Of a stretch of 64,000 nucleotides of DNA, positions 37,831 through 51,600 are shown one piece after another; within the stretch, counting starts at the first letter, position 1, and each line of letters begins with the position of its first letter. Origin of the DNA: a virus. Lineage: Duplodnaviria > Heunggongvirae > Uroviricota > Caudoviricetes. The position numbers were made by a program, and so were the translations under genes. The stretch covers positions 64,001 through 128,000 of the IMG/VR virus record IMGVR_UViG_3300021255_000108; one strand, 5' to 3'. The notes under the pieces were generated by a model. The model was given only the letters and a program-made list of their open reading frames with translations, was not told where the DNA came from and made no database searches.

Positions 37831-40800
37831 CGCTTAAAATCAACTCCTTCTCTTGAATAGCTAATCCCTAATCCAAACCATCATAAAACGCTTTTTTCTT
37901 ATTTAACATATTATATTTATTGCTATTAATAGACTCAAAAGTCCAGGGATCTTCTTCAAAAAAATTAGTTATTGTTTCATCACTAATATTATAAGGGACC
38001 CATACATTATCATCAGCAAAAGATAATCTTTCATCTTCATCCAATCGATAAAATCTTCCATTAAGCCAAGTATAAAAATTCGGTCCAGTCATAAAAGGAG
38101 ACCCTCGTACTAATTTTATTAAATTATCATTACTGATCTATCTAGCATATGCCTTAGTAGTCGCTTCTGTTGTTAATTGCACAAAATCTAACGCACTGGC
38201 GTGATATTCCATTTCTGCTTTTTCCGCATCTAATTTTAAATTATTAATACTATTTCCTAAACCTGGTACAGTATTAGTGCTAGTATCATTTTCAATTCCA
38301 TAAGTAACTATTAATTCTTGATACCATATTTCAGCATTAACAGCTGGTCCCCAATTAATAAATGAAGGCAACTCTTCTTGTAATGGGACAGTAATTTCTC
38401 CAGTTTCAGCAATGTCTAAATAAGTATTTCCAATACGCACATAAGTTGGATACGTAACAAAATCTTTTTTATCTTCAATATGAAAATGATGTAATACAGC
38501 AGTATATTTTAATTCGCCCTAATTTGGATCAGTGATATGACTAAAATACCATAAATCTCCATCTGGTAGCCGAAATAAAACATTGTCTGTATATCCGGAT
38601 GTATCTAAATGTAAATTATAATATTGCGCATAATCTGTGTTTATTAATCTATATTCATCATCATTTGACATCCGCACAGATAAATCAATTCTTTCTGGAA
38701 TCCTTGCGTCGCCTTCTGGATAACCATTATAAATATAAGACCATTGATTTTTATCGTATACTTCTAAATTATATTTTTCAACCAATTCTTTCAATGAACC
38801 AATGTCAATAATTTCGCATTCTGTTTTAAAATGCATTTGATAAATACGAGTTACCTAATGTTTCAAATCCTAAACAGTATCTAACCAATTTGTCTTACTA
38901 TCCATTTCATCACTGCCACCGGTCCTAATAGCACCTTGACAATAATAAAATCTATCCTAAGATACCATCTCAGATACTGTATCAAATTTATTATTGGTTA
39001 CGGCTAATATACCATAGTTTAACATTCCACCCATATTACGTCTAATACTGTTTCGTCTTAAAAAAAGTCCTCTTGCATTACCATCAAAAGATGCTTCATA
39101 TTGTCCAGTATTTCCAATCTCATATATCTCATCATTAAGAACAAACTGTGTCCCAGGCATACAATCAGTAAATTTAATATAATGCGCGGAAAAGCCATTC
39201 ATTAAATCTGTTTCTGCCAATTTATCAATTGCCGCATTTATTGGATCTTCATTCTTACTAATTTCATATAATTTAATTAAATTTTCTAGTGCATCAGATA
39301 ACATAATAGTACCAAAGCGCAATTGTAATGGTATATTCGGTTCTGTAGATAAAAAGTTATATTTAGATAATTTATCAGGAGTAAAATTATCCACTTCTGT
39401 AGCCTAACAATTAAATGTATGTATCATTCTACTTAAACTATTATTTGGTGTTAATGACACATTCATTAAACGCACAATATAATTTCCTTCTGCTGGAGAT
39501 CTAAATAATTTAATTTCTCCATTGTTTAACCAATCTAATACGCTTAATTTAAATCTGCGCTCATAACTTAAATTTTCATCCGTAATATCAGTGCTATCCT
39601 ACCAGTCTGCCGGCATTTTTAAATCATTGACACGATTCATAAAATATTCATTTTCATCAGATAGATACGAAATTAAACCAGAAATAGGAAATTCTTTATA
39701 CTCTACATAACCATTGCGGAAAAAGAATGGAAACTGACTTCCCATTGTAGCTTTTTTATTTTCCTATACAACAGTTTTAAATGAACTAACTTGTGGATTA
39801 AAGCGTATTCTTAACTGCCGTTTTCCATCAAATAAATAAGCGTCTTCAAATGCGGCCTAAATATCTTCTGTAATAATTCGTCTTGAATAAATTCCTGCGG
39901 TATTATATTGCTAAATCGCATATCTATAAGTTTCACCTTGTTTAACGGTAAAATCCTAAAAAATATACCCTTCTGGTAATTGACCTGATAACTAAAAATA
40001 ATGTATTTTAGTCCAAATGGTAAAGTTCTATTCACTGGACGCACGACTTAACGCATACATTCCAGCGAGTCTTGGCTAATTATAAGTTTTTGTCTCTTTA
40101 TTCCATACTTTATAGCTTTTTAACCAGACATTAATACATCCATTATCATAATCTAATGCGCTATATAAATCCGCGTCTAATTCTGGTTCAATAGATGCTG
40201 TAGCCACAATTGTATATCTTGGACTATTAACTACTAAATTATTATTTGTTTTTACAGAATACTAAACAAAATATTTAACATTAATTTCAAAAGACCATAA
40301 AAACTAATAACTATCTGTTGATTCATATGTTAAAGTGTCATTCATAGAATTATGAACACACCAGTCAGAAGTTTCTATCACATTTAAATCTTTATCCATT
40401 AATGTAAATTTATATTGATAACATTTTTCTGTCGATTCTTGTAAGTTATGATAAACTCCAACATATGTACCAATATCTGTATTTGTCATTTGTTTATTAA
40501 AACCAAGTATAGAAACAGTAGGATAATATGTATATTTTATAATACTAACAGTTGAATAGAAACCAGTATTCCCATTTTTATCTTTGTAAGCTAACTAAAT
40601 TTTATAAAATTTACCTAATTTAATTTTTTCCGCAACAGCTTGCCCTTCTGGAGTTTTATTTAATTTAAAAATAACAGATGAATTTTCACCATCTTGCTCC
40701 CAATCTGTTGTTGTGGCATTGATGATGCCATAAAGAGTATCAGTCTCGGCATCGCGTATTTTTAAAGAAAATCCATAAACTTCTTGATTACTGACTACTC

Positions 40801-40909
40801 TATTCATAGAAAAAGGGACGGTAATAAATACCGCCCCTGTTCTTTTATCCGCGTAAAACGGTGGAATAGTGCCAGCAATAATTGGTGGATATAATTTGCT
40901 GGTTGCCAA
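37823..40909 (-). CDS. Large baseplate/distal-tail protein (code 15, 1028 aa)
   Basis: TTG start after AGGAGG. Six supplied fragments share one frame and end at TGA 37823, overlapping the next start. Motifs KLYPPIIAGTIPPFY, LRIRFNPQVSSFK, FPFFFRNG, VLDWLNNGEIKLFRSPAEGNYIVRLMNVS. Confidence 0.7.
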
Positions 40910-40912
40910 CGA

Positions 40913-41299
40913 TTACGCCTCCTCGTCTATAATAACCTCAAGCGCTGTCAACTGCTTTGGAGTAAACTCTAAATTCTCTAACGCGCTCATTGGCAATTTA
41001 CGCAATTCAACATTACTCGTAAAATTATTAAGTTCTTCACGTGCCGTACGACATTCTTCAATTAAATCTTCTTTAATCTTAAATACGTTTTCACGCTCTT
41101 GAATGTAATTACCGTTCTCATCTTTTGCTAAATATTTCTCCGCAAAAGCTTTTTCTTGCTCAATATAAAATTCTACTTCTTTATTAAGTAAATTCATATC
41201 TTTCGCAATAATAAGACTAAGTTTAAAAGGTAAAGACTTAGTCTGTAAATCAGTAAATACTTCAATTAAATCATTCATTTGTTGAAAATTAAGTTCCAT
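40913..41299 (-). CDS. Small helical tail-region protein (DUF1617-like; 128 aa)
   Basis: Complete TAG-free ORF with AAGGAG RBS. The family assignment is from recalled motif resemblance only. Confidence 0.55.
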   Translation of the reverse strand: MELNFQQMNDLIEVFTDLQTKSLPFKLSLIIAKDMNLLNKEVEFYIEQEKAFAEKYLAKDENGNYIQERENVFKIKEDLIEECRTAREELNNFTSNVELRKLPMSALENLEFTPKQLTALEVIIDEEA

Positions 41300-41324
41300 A
41301 ATAAATTATCTCCTTTTTCTCTTT

Positions 41325-44300
41325 TTAATTTGGAGTACTAGTTTGTCCATCAATTGTAATATTAACAGTGGTACTATCTGAACCGCCTTCACCATCTGGT
41401 ACAGAGATATAATCATAACCACTACCAGAAAAGTGGTGCGTATGATTATTAAAATCAGATCTTAATGTATCAAGATCAGTCCTTAATTTATTAATTAAAT
41501 CTAAATGTTCACTTAAAGTTTTACTAATTGAAGTTAAAGCGGTAGCTACAGTTCCACCATCTTCACCAGTTAAAGCAACATTTGTAGCTGTTACTGCGAC
41601 ACCTTTCCAAGTTGCATCTTTTGTCGGTTGACCTGTTATCCCAATACCACCGTCAGAGCCACCTGTAACACTAAGTGACCATCCTTGTCCTACTAAAGTT
41701 GTACCAGTAAAAGAAAGACTCTCTAAAAAGAACGCTCCATTTAATAAATTTGTTAAAGCACCGGCCAATGATTTACCTGCTGAATTAGCCGAGCCGACAC
41801 CTCCAGAACCACCATTACCTAAATCTTTAATACGATTTAAAAGATCTATATATAAATTCCAGACCCAGGGCTCCATAGCTACTTTTTCGCCCTAAATAAA
41901 TAACGGACCCTAATCCAACACTAGATTATTTGTTTTAATAGAGCCAGCATTAATCTATCCAGCGTGGATATTCCATTTTTTAGTTGGCAAACCTAATACC
42001 GCCGTATTGTTATTTGTTCCAGTTGGATAAAATACTACACCATATTGACCATCATTTAAATTAGATAACTAACCAGTAACTAATTGTACACCAGGATATT
42101 CATTGGTTGAAGCCAAATCTTTTTCAAATATACTAAAATAATTTGGATTAATAATCGTTCCAAAAGCAGCATTAACATTATTTGTATCAACTATCTAAGA
42201 AGTGTGCTAAGCACCTGCATATGTAGTTATTTTAGAATCCTGTAATGCATTATAAGCCCAATCCCATTGACCTGCTTGAAAAGATGCTAAAGTCTTTTTT
42301 GTCTCCAATTTACTTGCATCATATGTAGACAAAGCATAATTTTTTAAGTTATTATCATTAACTGTCCATCCCTGTAATGAATAACCCGCTAATTCAATAG
42401 TCCCAAGATTTCTATCTATTTTATTACTTGGATTACTTAGAACAATTTTTCCATTTCCATAAATAACAGTACGCCCACCGCCAAGACGAATTTCAGCATT
42501 GGCTGCATCAAATACAATATTATATGGATATAACGAAGTTTCATCATCTTTTGTTCTCCACAGTGTCTATAATACAGTATCTCCAATATACCAACTACCA
42601 ATACAGCCCCGTCTACTAAATAAAGTTCCATCAGCCCTTAATGCAAAATATGCTTCATCAATAGTATTAGCATAATGTTCTGGAATTACACTATTATCCA
42701 AATTACCACTTGGAGTCGCAGCAATTTTAGGACCAGCAAACATTATAAATTGATCATACACTTGATTAACATTTTCAACAGCTACATTAGACTAATTTTT
42801 TATTTCGGTGCTAACATTAGACTATTGACCATTATAATCTTGACCGTTAATAGTTTTATTTGGGTCATAATCTTCTTCCATACTGTACTTCGGAGCACCT
42901 AAATAAATGATACCATATTTATTTTTTTGTGTCAAGCCGTTATCATCTATAACCCAAGGAGAAGTATAACCTAATATACCTTTGCGCGCCATCATAGTGC
43001 CTGTCCAATCAACTGTAAAGAAAGCATTATTTGGACGCAATTCATCTGTAACTGGATCCGAATATAATTCAGAATGCATTATATCATCTTCACCGCAATA
43101 AATAGCATAACGATTACTGTCGCCATTATCTGAAGCTATTATATCATTTTGTATTTGTTTTTCAATCTCATCTAGTTGCGCGTCATACTTTTTATTAACT
43201 TCAGCAATAACAGTTGTTTCATATAATGCTTCAATCTCTTGTTTCTATTGTAAATATTCTTGTAATTCTTCACCAGTTAAATCAGCAACACCGGCATCAA
43301 TCATTTCCTTTAAAGACTCATTATAACCATCTAAAAAATACTAATACATATGATTTAAAATATCTATAAATTTTTCTAATTCTTCAATGGTTAAATCAGT
43401 CATATATTTACTTAAACCAATAACTTTTGGCTTTAATGGTCCATTTACAATGTTCTAAAATTCACTCGGATTAGTTCTTGGCCACCAATTTGGATATCTA
43501 CTCGTATTACTTATGTAATATTGTTTATTACTACTAAAAGCTTTATGTTTATCATTACTATAATTTAAATCAACAGGCTATGGTGAATAATAAAAATTAC
43601 TTTCATCGATTATTCCAGAGGCTGTATATAAAACAGTCTCATCAATTCCTAATGCCGGAAGATATACATCGGCAGCACCAATTCTAAATGTCCCTGCATA
43701 TTCATATTCACCAGTTGATTCATTGAGTTTATAATGAGAATGTAGTGCGCGGTTATAATTTTCTTTTGTTAAAATTGTTTTCAAATTATCAGGGGAATAT
43801 ATAATACTTAATAAAACATCATTTTCATTTTGACCCTCTATAAAAATTTCATTAAACTAATCGATACAAATTGCTAAATAATTAATAATTTTTAATAGGG
43901 GCCATCCAAAATTAAAATAATGCATAGGGTCATATACAAAAATCTATTTTGCATATTTTGAACCAAGCATATCAACAACTTTACTGGTTATAATTGCACG
44001 TTCATACTCTATTTCACGCTACCTACGCTCATTAATTTTATCTATAATATCGCTATATTTATTTCTAATGGCTGCTTCAGACTTTAAATCTCTATCAGGA
44101 TATCCTAAATACATAAATTTATCAGTCACTAAATGGCCATCATTATCTTTAGAATTTCCATATTCATCTTTTTTAGTATGCCTTTGATATAAACCACTTG
44201 AACTAATTAACCAATTACCAATTTTACCATATCGAGCAATAATACCACCGGTAGTTAAAATTCCATTATTTGGATCAACAATAAAATAATCATTTGATGC

Positions 44301-47300
44301 ATCTTGCATAAAACTGCGCACCCAATATGTTGATTCTAATAAATCTCCTTCACCCTATATAGTTGCGGTAGACTTCTTCGGTATTTTTGCGTATAAAAAA
44401 TATGGTGAATAACCCATCGTTGTACGAGGGTCAAAAACATTTTCATTAGTTAATTTAATGGGATCTAAATTAATATAACAACTCTTATCATAATTGCTAA
44501 TTAAAGAATAATTACCATCAAATTGAATTTGTCCTTTACCACTCTTACCAATAAAACCAGTTCCATCAGTTTTTAATCCAAAGACCTAAACGCCTTTAGA
44601 AAAACCATATAAACCAACATCTTGCATAGAACTATCAGCGTTATCAGTCCAATCACCCATCATTACGCCAGTAAATCTATTGTTTTGATCTTTAGAGCCT
44701 GCGGATACCATCTTTGATAAAAATGCGTTATTTTCTTTATCAACAAGCAATGAACCATCCCAACTATTAACAAGGGAAGAACTATACTCATTGCGCGTCA
44801 TAGCAATCGCTTGCCGCACATAATACGGTAAATCTTTATCATTCTAAAATTCAATAATTGTATAATAATTTTCAGCCAATGCATCGTCCCAATACCAAGC
44901 AACAGAATTATTAGCCTTATTATTTATATAAGGATTTAACGCATAAGTAGTGTGACTTGGCACTAACTTGCTTGCGGCCAAATTTAATTTATCTAAATAA
45001 TTTTCGTATTTTTCTTTTTCTTCTGTATATATTAAAGTATCTTGTTCAGTCTAATCAGAACTTTGATATGTAATTACTGCCTGATTATAAGCCGATTCAA
45101 TATATGTAATTAAATAATTATATCGAACCTATTCTGCTCCATCAAATGATTCAGTTGAAATATTACTATCATAATCAGGTATTGTATGATTCTCATCTGT
45201 AAACAACGTCCACAAAAGTGGATTTTGATTAGAAGCAACTTCTCTCTTTGCAACAACTTTTTCATTTAAACTAAAAAAATCAGGAGCAGAATTGCCGTCG
45301 CTATCAACTAATTCATTCCAATCTTTACGATAAGTTGGTTTATACCATTGCCGCAACTTCCATTGCGGATAATATTCTTTAATTACATCATCTGGCGCAT
45401 TTTGTATATCACTTACATAAAATGGCGCAGTGATCGCAATAGGCGCCTTACCGTCAGATCTAAATTCAACACGATCTGGGACACTAATATTATATAAATT
45501 ATTGAAACCGCTTCTATCAACTAATCTAAACGCAGTAGTTTGATAAATCGGATAGTCTGCCGCATTTGTAACGCCAACACGTACAATTAAAGGCATTCCA
45601 TTTCTAATTACACCAGTAATTTTATTATTTGCGTAATTGCCCTCCTGGCCAGTTGTCCATACGGAATTCTACCAAGTTAAGCCTTCTATGGGATCATTCT
45701 AGCCAATTGTAATGATAGTTGGTGAGAGCAATTCCCAAGTAAAATGATATGCCTAATTCTCAACTTTATTCCCAAACTTATCTGCCACAGTAGCATAAAT
45801 ACTGAACGGTTTATTATCAACCATACAGTTGCCACGAGGAGTTAATTGATGTAGAGTTATGCTATACTCGCTACCCATACTACCTGATTGCCCAAAGTAT
45901 AAAGTCTTTTGTAGTCTATATTCACGACCATTCCTTTTTACAACCGCAGTAATGTTGTTATGAGTATATCTCATATCCAAACGACTTCGAATATTAAACT
46001 TTCGAGTGATATTAATAATATTCTAATTAATTTTATCATTATAAGAAGGACTTGTCGGCAATAATACAGCAGTAGATAAGTCGCTCACAGTCGGTGCAAC
46101 AAACTGATTAATCATACTTTGATTAGCAAGTTCATCTGTTCCCCAAATGACTTCAATACTGTCATCTTCATCATCAATTGCCAATGGTGTATATTCACCA
46201 GTATCATTATTCCTTATCCAAATCTAAACATAATACCATTTCGCAGCATAATTTATATTATTTTCATCTTTAATGCACAAATTAGATTCATCATATACAT
46301 TAAAAACTCCAATATCGTCATCTTCTACTAAATTTCCATTTTCATTTTCACGCAAAAATCTAAAAATAACTTCATTTACTAAATCATCTGCGTGTGTTTC
46401 TATCGTACTATCAACATTAGTAAATACTAACGGCTCACTGCGCAAAGGTACATTATTATATTCTAATACAACACGATATTTTTCTTGCGCTTTTGCAATA
46501 TCTGGAAATACATCTATAGAAAATTTATTATAAATCTAATTGCCATTGTCAAAAGAGCATTGATTTTCTAGCCATTTCCAGTTGACGCCACCTTGACGCC
46601 AAGCATATTGACTAGTGTCTTGCGCGACTCCATATTCGTGTTGATACCAATATATATTGGCATTATATTCTTTTAATTTATTTACATTGTTAATTAATTC
46701 AGCACTACCATCTTCTAATTTATGCACCCAAGCAAATTGTAATGTGCGTTTATCTTCTACTGCACGGTCTTTATCAGCATATGGATTAATGCCATACACT
46801 AAATTATCATAAGTATATAAAAATACTTTATCAGTAGTGAAAGAATTGGCGTCTACGCCCATTAGCAATTTTACATTAGACACCATAATATTAGGTGGAC
46901 ATTCTTGATTATTAATTTGCCAAGGAATGTCTTTCATTAATTCATCTTTAAATTCATAACCACTACGATGGTCTTGCCAAAAATATACATCAATACGCGT
47001 TAATTTCTAAAAATTAGACACATCAAACAATTTCTGTTGTGTATAATAATTATAAAATGCGTATGTATTACCATAAAAATCAATATTATTTAAAAAATAT
47101 AAAGTTTCTGTGCGCTCAATAGACGCTAAATCTTCAGTTGGTTTAGTCATGCCACGCACAATTAATTTTAATCCGTATGTACCTTGCCGCGGTCTATAAT
47201 CACCTAATAATGTCTAAAAGTCTGCCGCCACACCAAGTTGATCAAATAAACAAGGTTCATCATCGTCATTAGTCCAAGTATACAACCAATTTATATTGGC

Positions 47301-48548
47301 TCCTTTTGCGCCTTCTTGATCTGCGCGCAATAAAGTATATTTAGCTAAAACTTGTAATAACTAACTTAAAGTATCCGCATACTTTTCACCGACTGTAATA
47401 ATTAAACGAGCTTTAGCGCCTTCATATGAACTACCATGACTTGCTCCATTTTCTTCGAGCAAATTTAAATAGTTTTCAGGAAAATTAGTAGTATCTTGAT
47501 TCTACCAATCAAAATCCGCACTCTATACAATATCTTCAATATCATCTATTAATGTTAATATAGTTTCTTGTCTATTTCCATTATACAATTCATCAATCGC
47601 GGCATTTTTCTCTTCTTCTGTCAATGAATTATCAGACAAAATTTCATTCTATCTCTATAAAAAATCATCTGAACTTAATTCATCTGTTATTTGAGACTAA
47701 TAATCTGATGTTGTATCGTCTAAAGAATTTAAAAATTTATCATAATCATCAGAAAAAGATCCAATAGTATTACCGCCAATCATTGACATAATTTTGTCAT
47801 ATTCATCAGCATTAATAAATTTATTATTAGCACCATATGATTTTATCCCAAGTAAAACTTGCTATTTTACTTGCTCAACTGCCTAACTCAATTGTAGAAT
47901 ATTTTCAAATGGCTGTGCTAATAATTCTTCTATAATAGTTAAATATGACTTCTAGCTAAATCTCGGGTACTAATCTGATATAGTAAAACCAGTAGCAACT
48001 GGTGTCACATACTTTGGTATATCACTTTGATAATCATTAATTAATTTTGTAATTTTCTAATAAGTAGCACGTAATTCCTATATTTTAGCATTAATATTAA
48101 TAATTTCATTGTTATAATCATTACTATCATTGTCAATCCCATGTAATGGATGATTGGCAATATAGCCGTGAACCTAAGTAGCTTTTTCATCTTGATAAGT
48201 TAAATCTTCTAGTGATAAAAAATCATCAAAAGGCATCTTAAATGTGAAAGTGCGCTCAGGCTCCTTCTCAATATCTACTTTACGACCAACTATGTGCTTT
48301 TGTAACGAAAAATCTCCTTTCGGCACATGCACATATACTGTATCGCCTTCATAATATCTTGAATTATCATTGGAATAGGCATCAAATATCGCGTCTTCAA
48401 ATTCTACTTTATAAATACCATCTGCTTTATATTTTGTAGACACAACACGAGCTTCTATCGTTTTATCATATTGGAATTTCTATATCTTTGCGTTCATAAC
48501 AATAGCCATAGAATCAAATAGATTTTTAGAAACTTCATTGCTCGCCAA
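41325..48548 (-). CDS. Giant baseplate hub / central tail spike protein (code 15, 2407 aa)
   Basis: TTG start at 48548 after AAGGAG. Ten supplied fragments share one frame, and I read several of the gaps (including 46937-48174) without finding TAA/TGA. N-terminal YDKTIEARVV...YKV, beta-repeats G.IG.W.I, and C-terminal SDFNNHTHH...TSTPN resembling the HxH metal-binding tip of phage spikes. Confidence 0.75.
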
Positions 48549-48622
48549 ATTCCATCACTCCTTTTTCTCCAAACTCTATAATTTATCAAATGTTCATTTA
48601 AAAAAATTAACGATTATTACCC

Positions 48623-48654
48623 AAAAAATCGGGGTCTTATATTAAGACCCCGAT
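48623..48654 (-). terminator. Intrinsic terminator overlapping the tape-measure stop
   Basis: ATCGGGGTCTTA-ATA-TAAGACCCCGAT followed by TTTTT. Confidence 0.75.
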
Positions 48655-51600
48655 GAATAAGCATACTAAGATGCTAAATTGGTAAGTTGATTAAATGCAT
48701 CAATAATATCTTGCGCGGATTGTATATTATCAAAACTCGCGTTAATATTAACAACTTGTGACAATGCATCACCATTTGTATTACCATTAATAACATTCGG
48801 ATTAACTCCTCTAGAAATTAATCCTAATAAATTAGACATAGCACCGCTATCAATTAAATTCCACAAATTGGAAGTTGATATATCATACTCTGACATTGTG
48901 GTATTATGTAATCTACCTAAAGCATTGGCAGAACCCTCAAATCGATCCTCTGTAAAATTAGTAACGTTTTTATTATTATATAATGCATTAAGTGCCGCAG
49001 TTGTACCCATTTCAGACGGACGATAAATAGCACCATTATTATAGTACCTATCATTAATACTATCTATGTCTGCTAATGACCGTTGTAGACCTTGCATCTT
49101 ATTTAATAATTGCTCATAATTGCCCACTGTTGTTTCCAATGCGGCATTATGCTTAACCCAACTATCAGTAGCGGAAGAAATATTCTTTAAACTATCTCCT
49201 AAAATCTAATCCAAAGTTTTAATATCTTCTGCGGCTTTTTCATTTGTTTTATTATAGACAGAAACTGAATTTTCCATCGTACCCCAGGTTAATCCAGTCT
49301 CACCGCCAACTTTATCAATATCGTGAGAATAGCCACCAATAGCCTCATCTAACTATTGCCGCAAGGTAGTACGAATATATTCGACATATCCACTACTATC
49401 CTACATCAATTGCTACATCATGCCGTGAATTTGATCCTGAACTAAACCAGTATTTTCTATAATTGTTTGTCCATAATACTCTTGAATATATCCTTGATTT
49501 TCTAATAATTGCTCTTGCGCGCGCAAGCCTTGTTCTTGAATATATTCCATTTGCGCCAAATGCTACTCGGTTAATGTTTCCGCTTGACGATTGCGCTCTT
49601 CAAGAGATAAAGTATCATTATCAAGAATCTCTCTCAATTCAGATTGATAATTCTATTTAGATTCAATCATCTATTGTACTAAATCATTTTGATGCTCATA
49701 AGCCAATTCATTAATTTGTTGTAAAACATCTTCAAAGTTCTAACGTGCTTCACCGACGTCATCTTCATTAGCAGTATACTGATATCCGTAATTACCATTC
49801 TCATCTCTTGTTAAACGTACAGTAGATTTTGCATTCTAAGTATCTTCTAAATCCTACATCGCTAACGCCATTTTATATTGTAATTCGTTCATTTCAATAT
49901 CATATTCTGTTAAACGATTTTTTTCTGCATATGCATTAATTTCATTCTATAATGCTTTTAAGCGCTCTTTGCTTGTCGCAGTTGTGGAATCTATTAAAGA
50001 ATCTTCAATCTAACGATTAATCTTAGATACTTCATATAATTCTTTGGCAGTAGATACATACCAACCCTATTGTTCATTCCAATAATTAAAATCTTGCGCA
50101 ACGTCGTCAAATGATTTTATTAAATTACCATTCGCATCAACTAATGATTTAAATGCTAAATCACTGGCTTTTATAATAGCATCAATGACATTCATAAATT
50201 TCTCTTTTGCGTCATCAAGCGTTTGTTGTGTCTTTTGCGCTAAATCATCTTCCGCATTAACAATATGCTCTTCAACACTATCATATTGCGCTTTAAGAGT
50301 TTCTGTCCAGCCAGAATCTTCAATCTCTTTTACAATTGCCGCACGAGAAGCATATAGCGTATCCAAATAATCTCTTGCCGCACGCGCAGTTAATAAACTT
50401 GAACGATAACTTGTATCATACATTGAATTAAGTTCAGCAAAATTCTGTCCTCTACCCATTAATTGTTGCATTTCAATGTAACTTTGCATCATATTACGGG
50501 TATGTTCTATTTTATCCGTATATTTCTATTGTTTTTCTTCTGCTAAACTTAATGTATTTTCATAATATTCTTCAATTTCTTTCTTTAAATCTTGTATGCT
50601 TTCTAAATACTCTAAAGTTTTATCTTGTAAATCAGCTAAACCATCACTGTAATCTTGATCATTCAACCGGCCTTCAGCATAGCCTTTTTGTAATTCTTGA
50701 TAAGCTTTACCAACTGCCGCAAGACTACTCTCATAGTCTCCCATCTTCATCATAGAGACTTCCATAGATTCATCTTGCTTACTTAATACTTCAGACCATT
50801 TACTAATATAATAATCTAATTTCTATAAATCTGTATCATTTAAATCAGCTGCAATTTCTAATTTATATTGAACACCTTCAAGTAAAATTTCAGAAATCTT
50901 ATTCTAATTTTCTAATATATCGTTTTGAATAGTGTCAACCAAATCTAAAGCTTCTTCATAATTTTCTAAAGCTTTCATTCGGCTCTCATATTCTTCATCA
51001 ATTCGTTTATCTGTTTCATCATCATCACTGGCATCAACAGAAGCATTATACCAATCAATCTATTTACGAATATACTCATCATAATTAACAGTACCATCTG
51101 GGTTAAATGTAGCTCCATACTATGTTAATTCAGCACGGTCAGAAGCAAGATAAGCAGCAGCTTCGGCATAATATTCTTCTTGAAGTTTATTTTGTTTTTC
51201 TAAAGCTTCAATTTCGGCATTTAAGGCTTTTAAATGGCGACCTCCATAAGCACGGTCTTTAATTTTATCAATGCGATCAAGAATATGTTCTTGTTGCTCA
51301 AGTTTGTCACGAACTTCGTGATAACGTTCGCCTTCTTTATTAACACGTTTATGTTCTTTTTTAGTATGCTATTTTCCGCCTCCGCCACCTCCTCCGCTGC
51401 TTTTAGGAGTAGAAGCTCCACCGTGTGTCACACCACGTCCGTTATAATGAGCGCCTTTTATTGTATACCATACATATTCCTGTCCACCATCAGTTTCATT
51501 AACAGTCGCACTAATAGGGACATCTTGTATTTCATAAGTACCATTGCTTTGTAATACCGGCACCTAATAATGACCACCTTCGATAATAACTTCTTTATCT

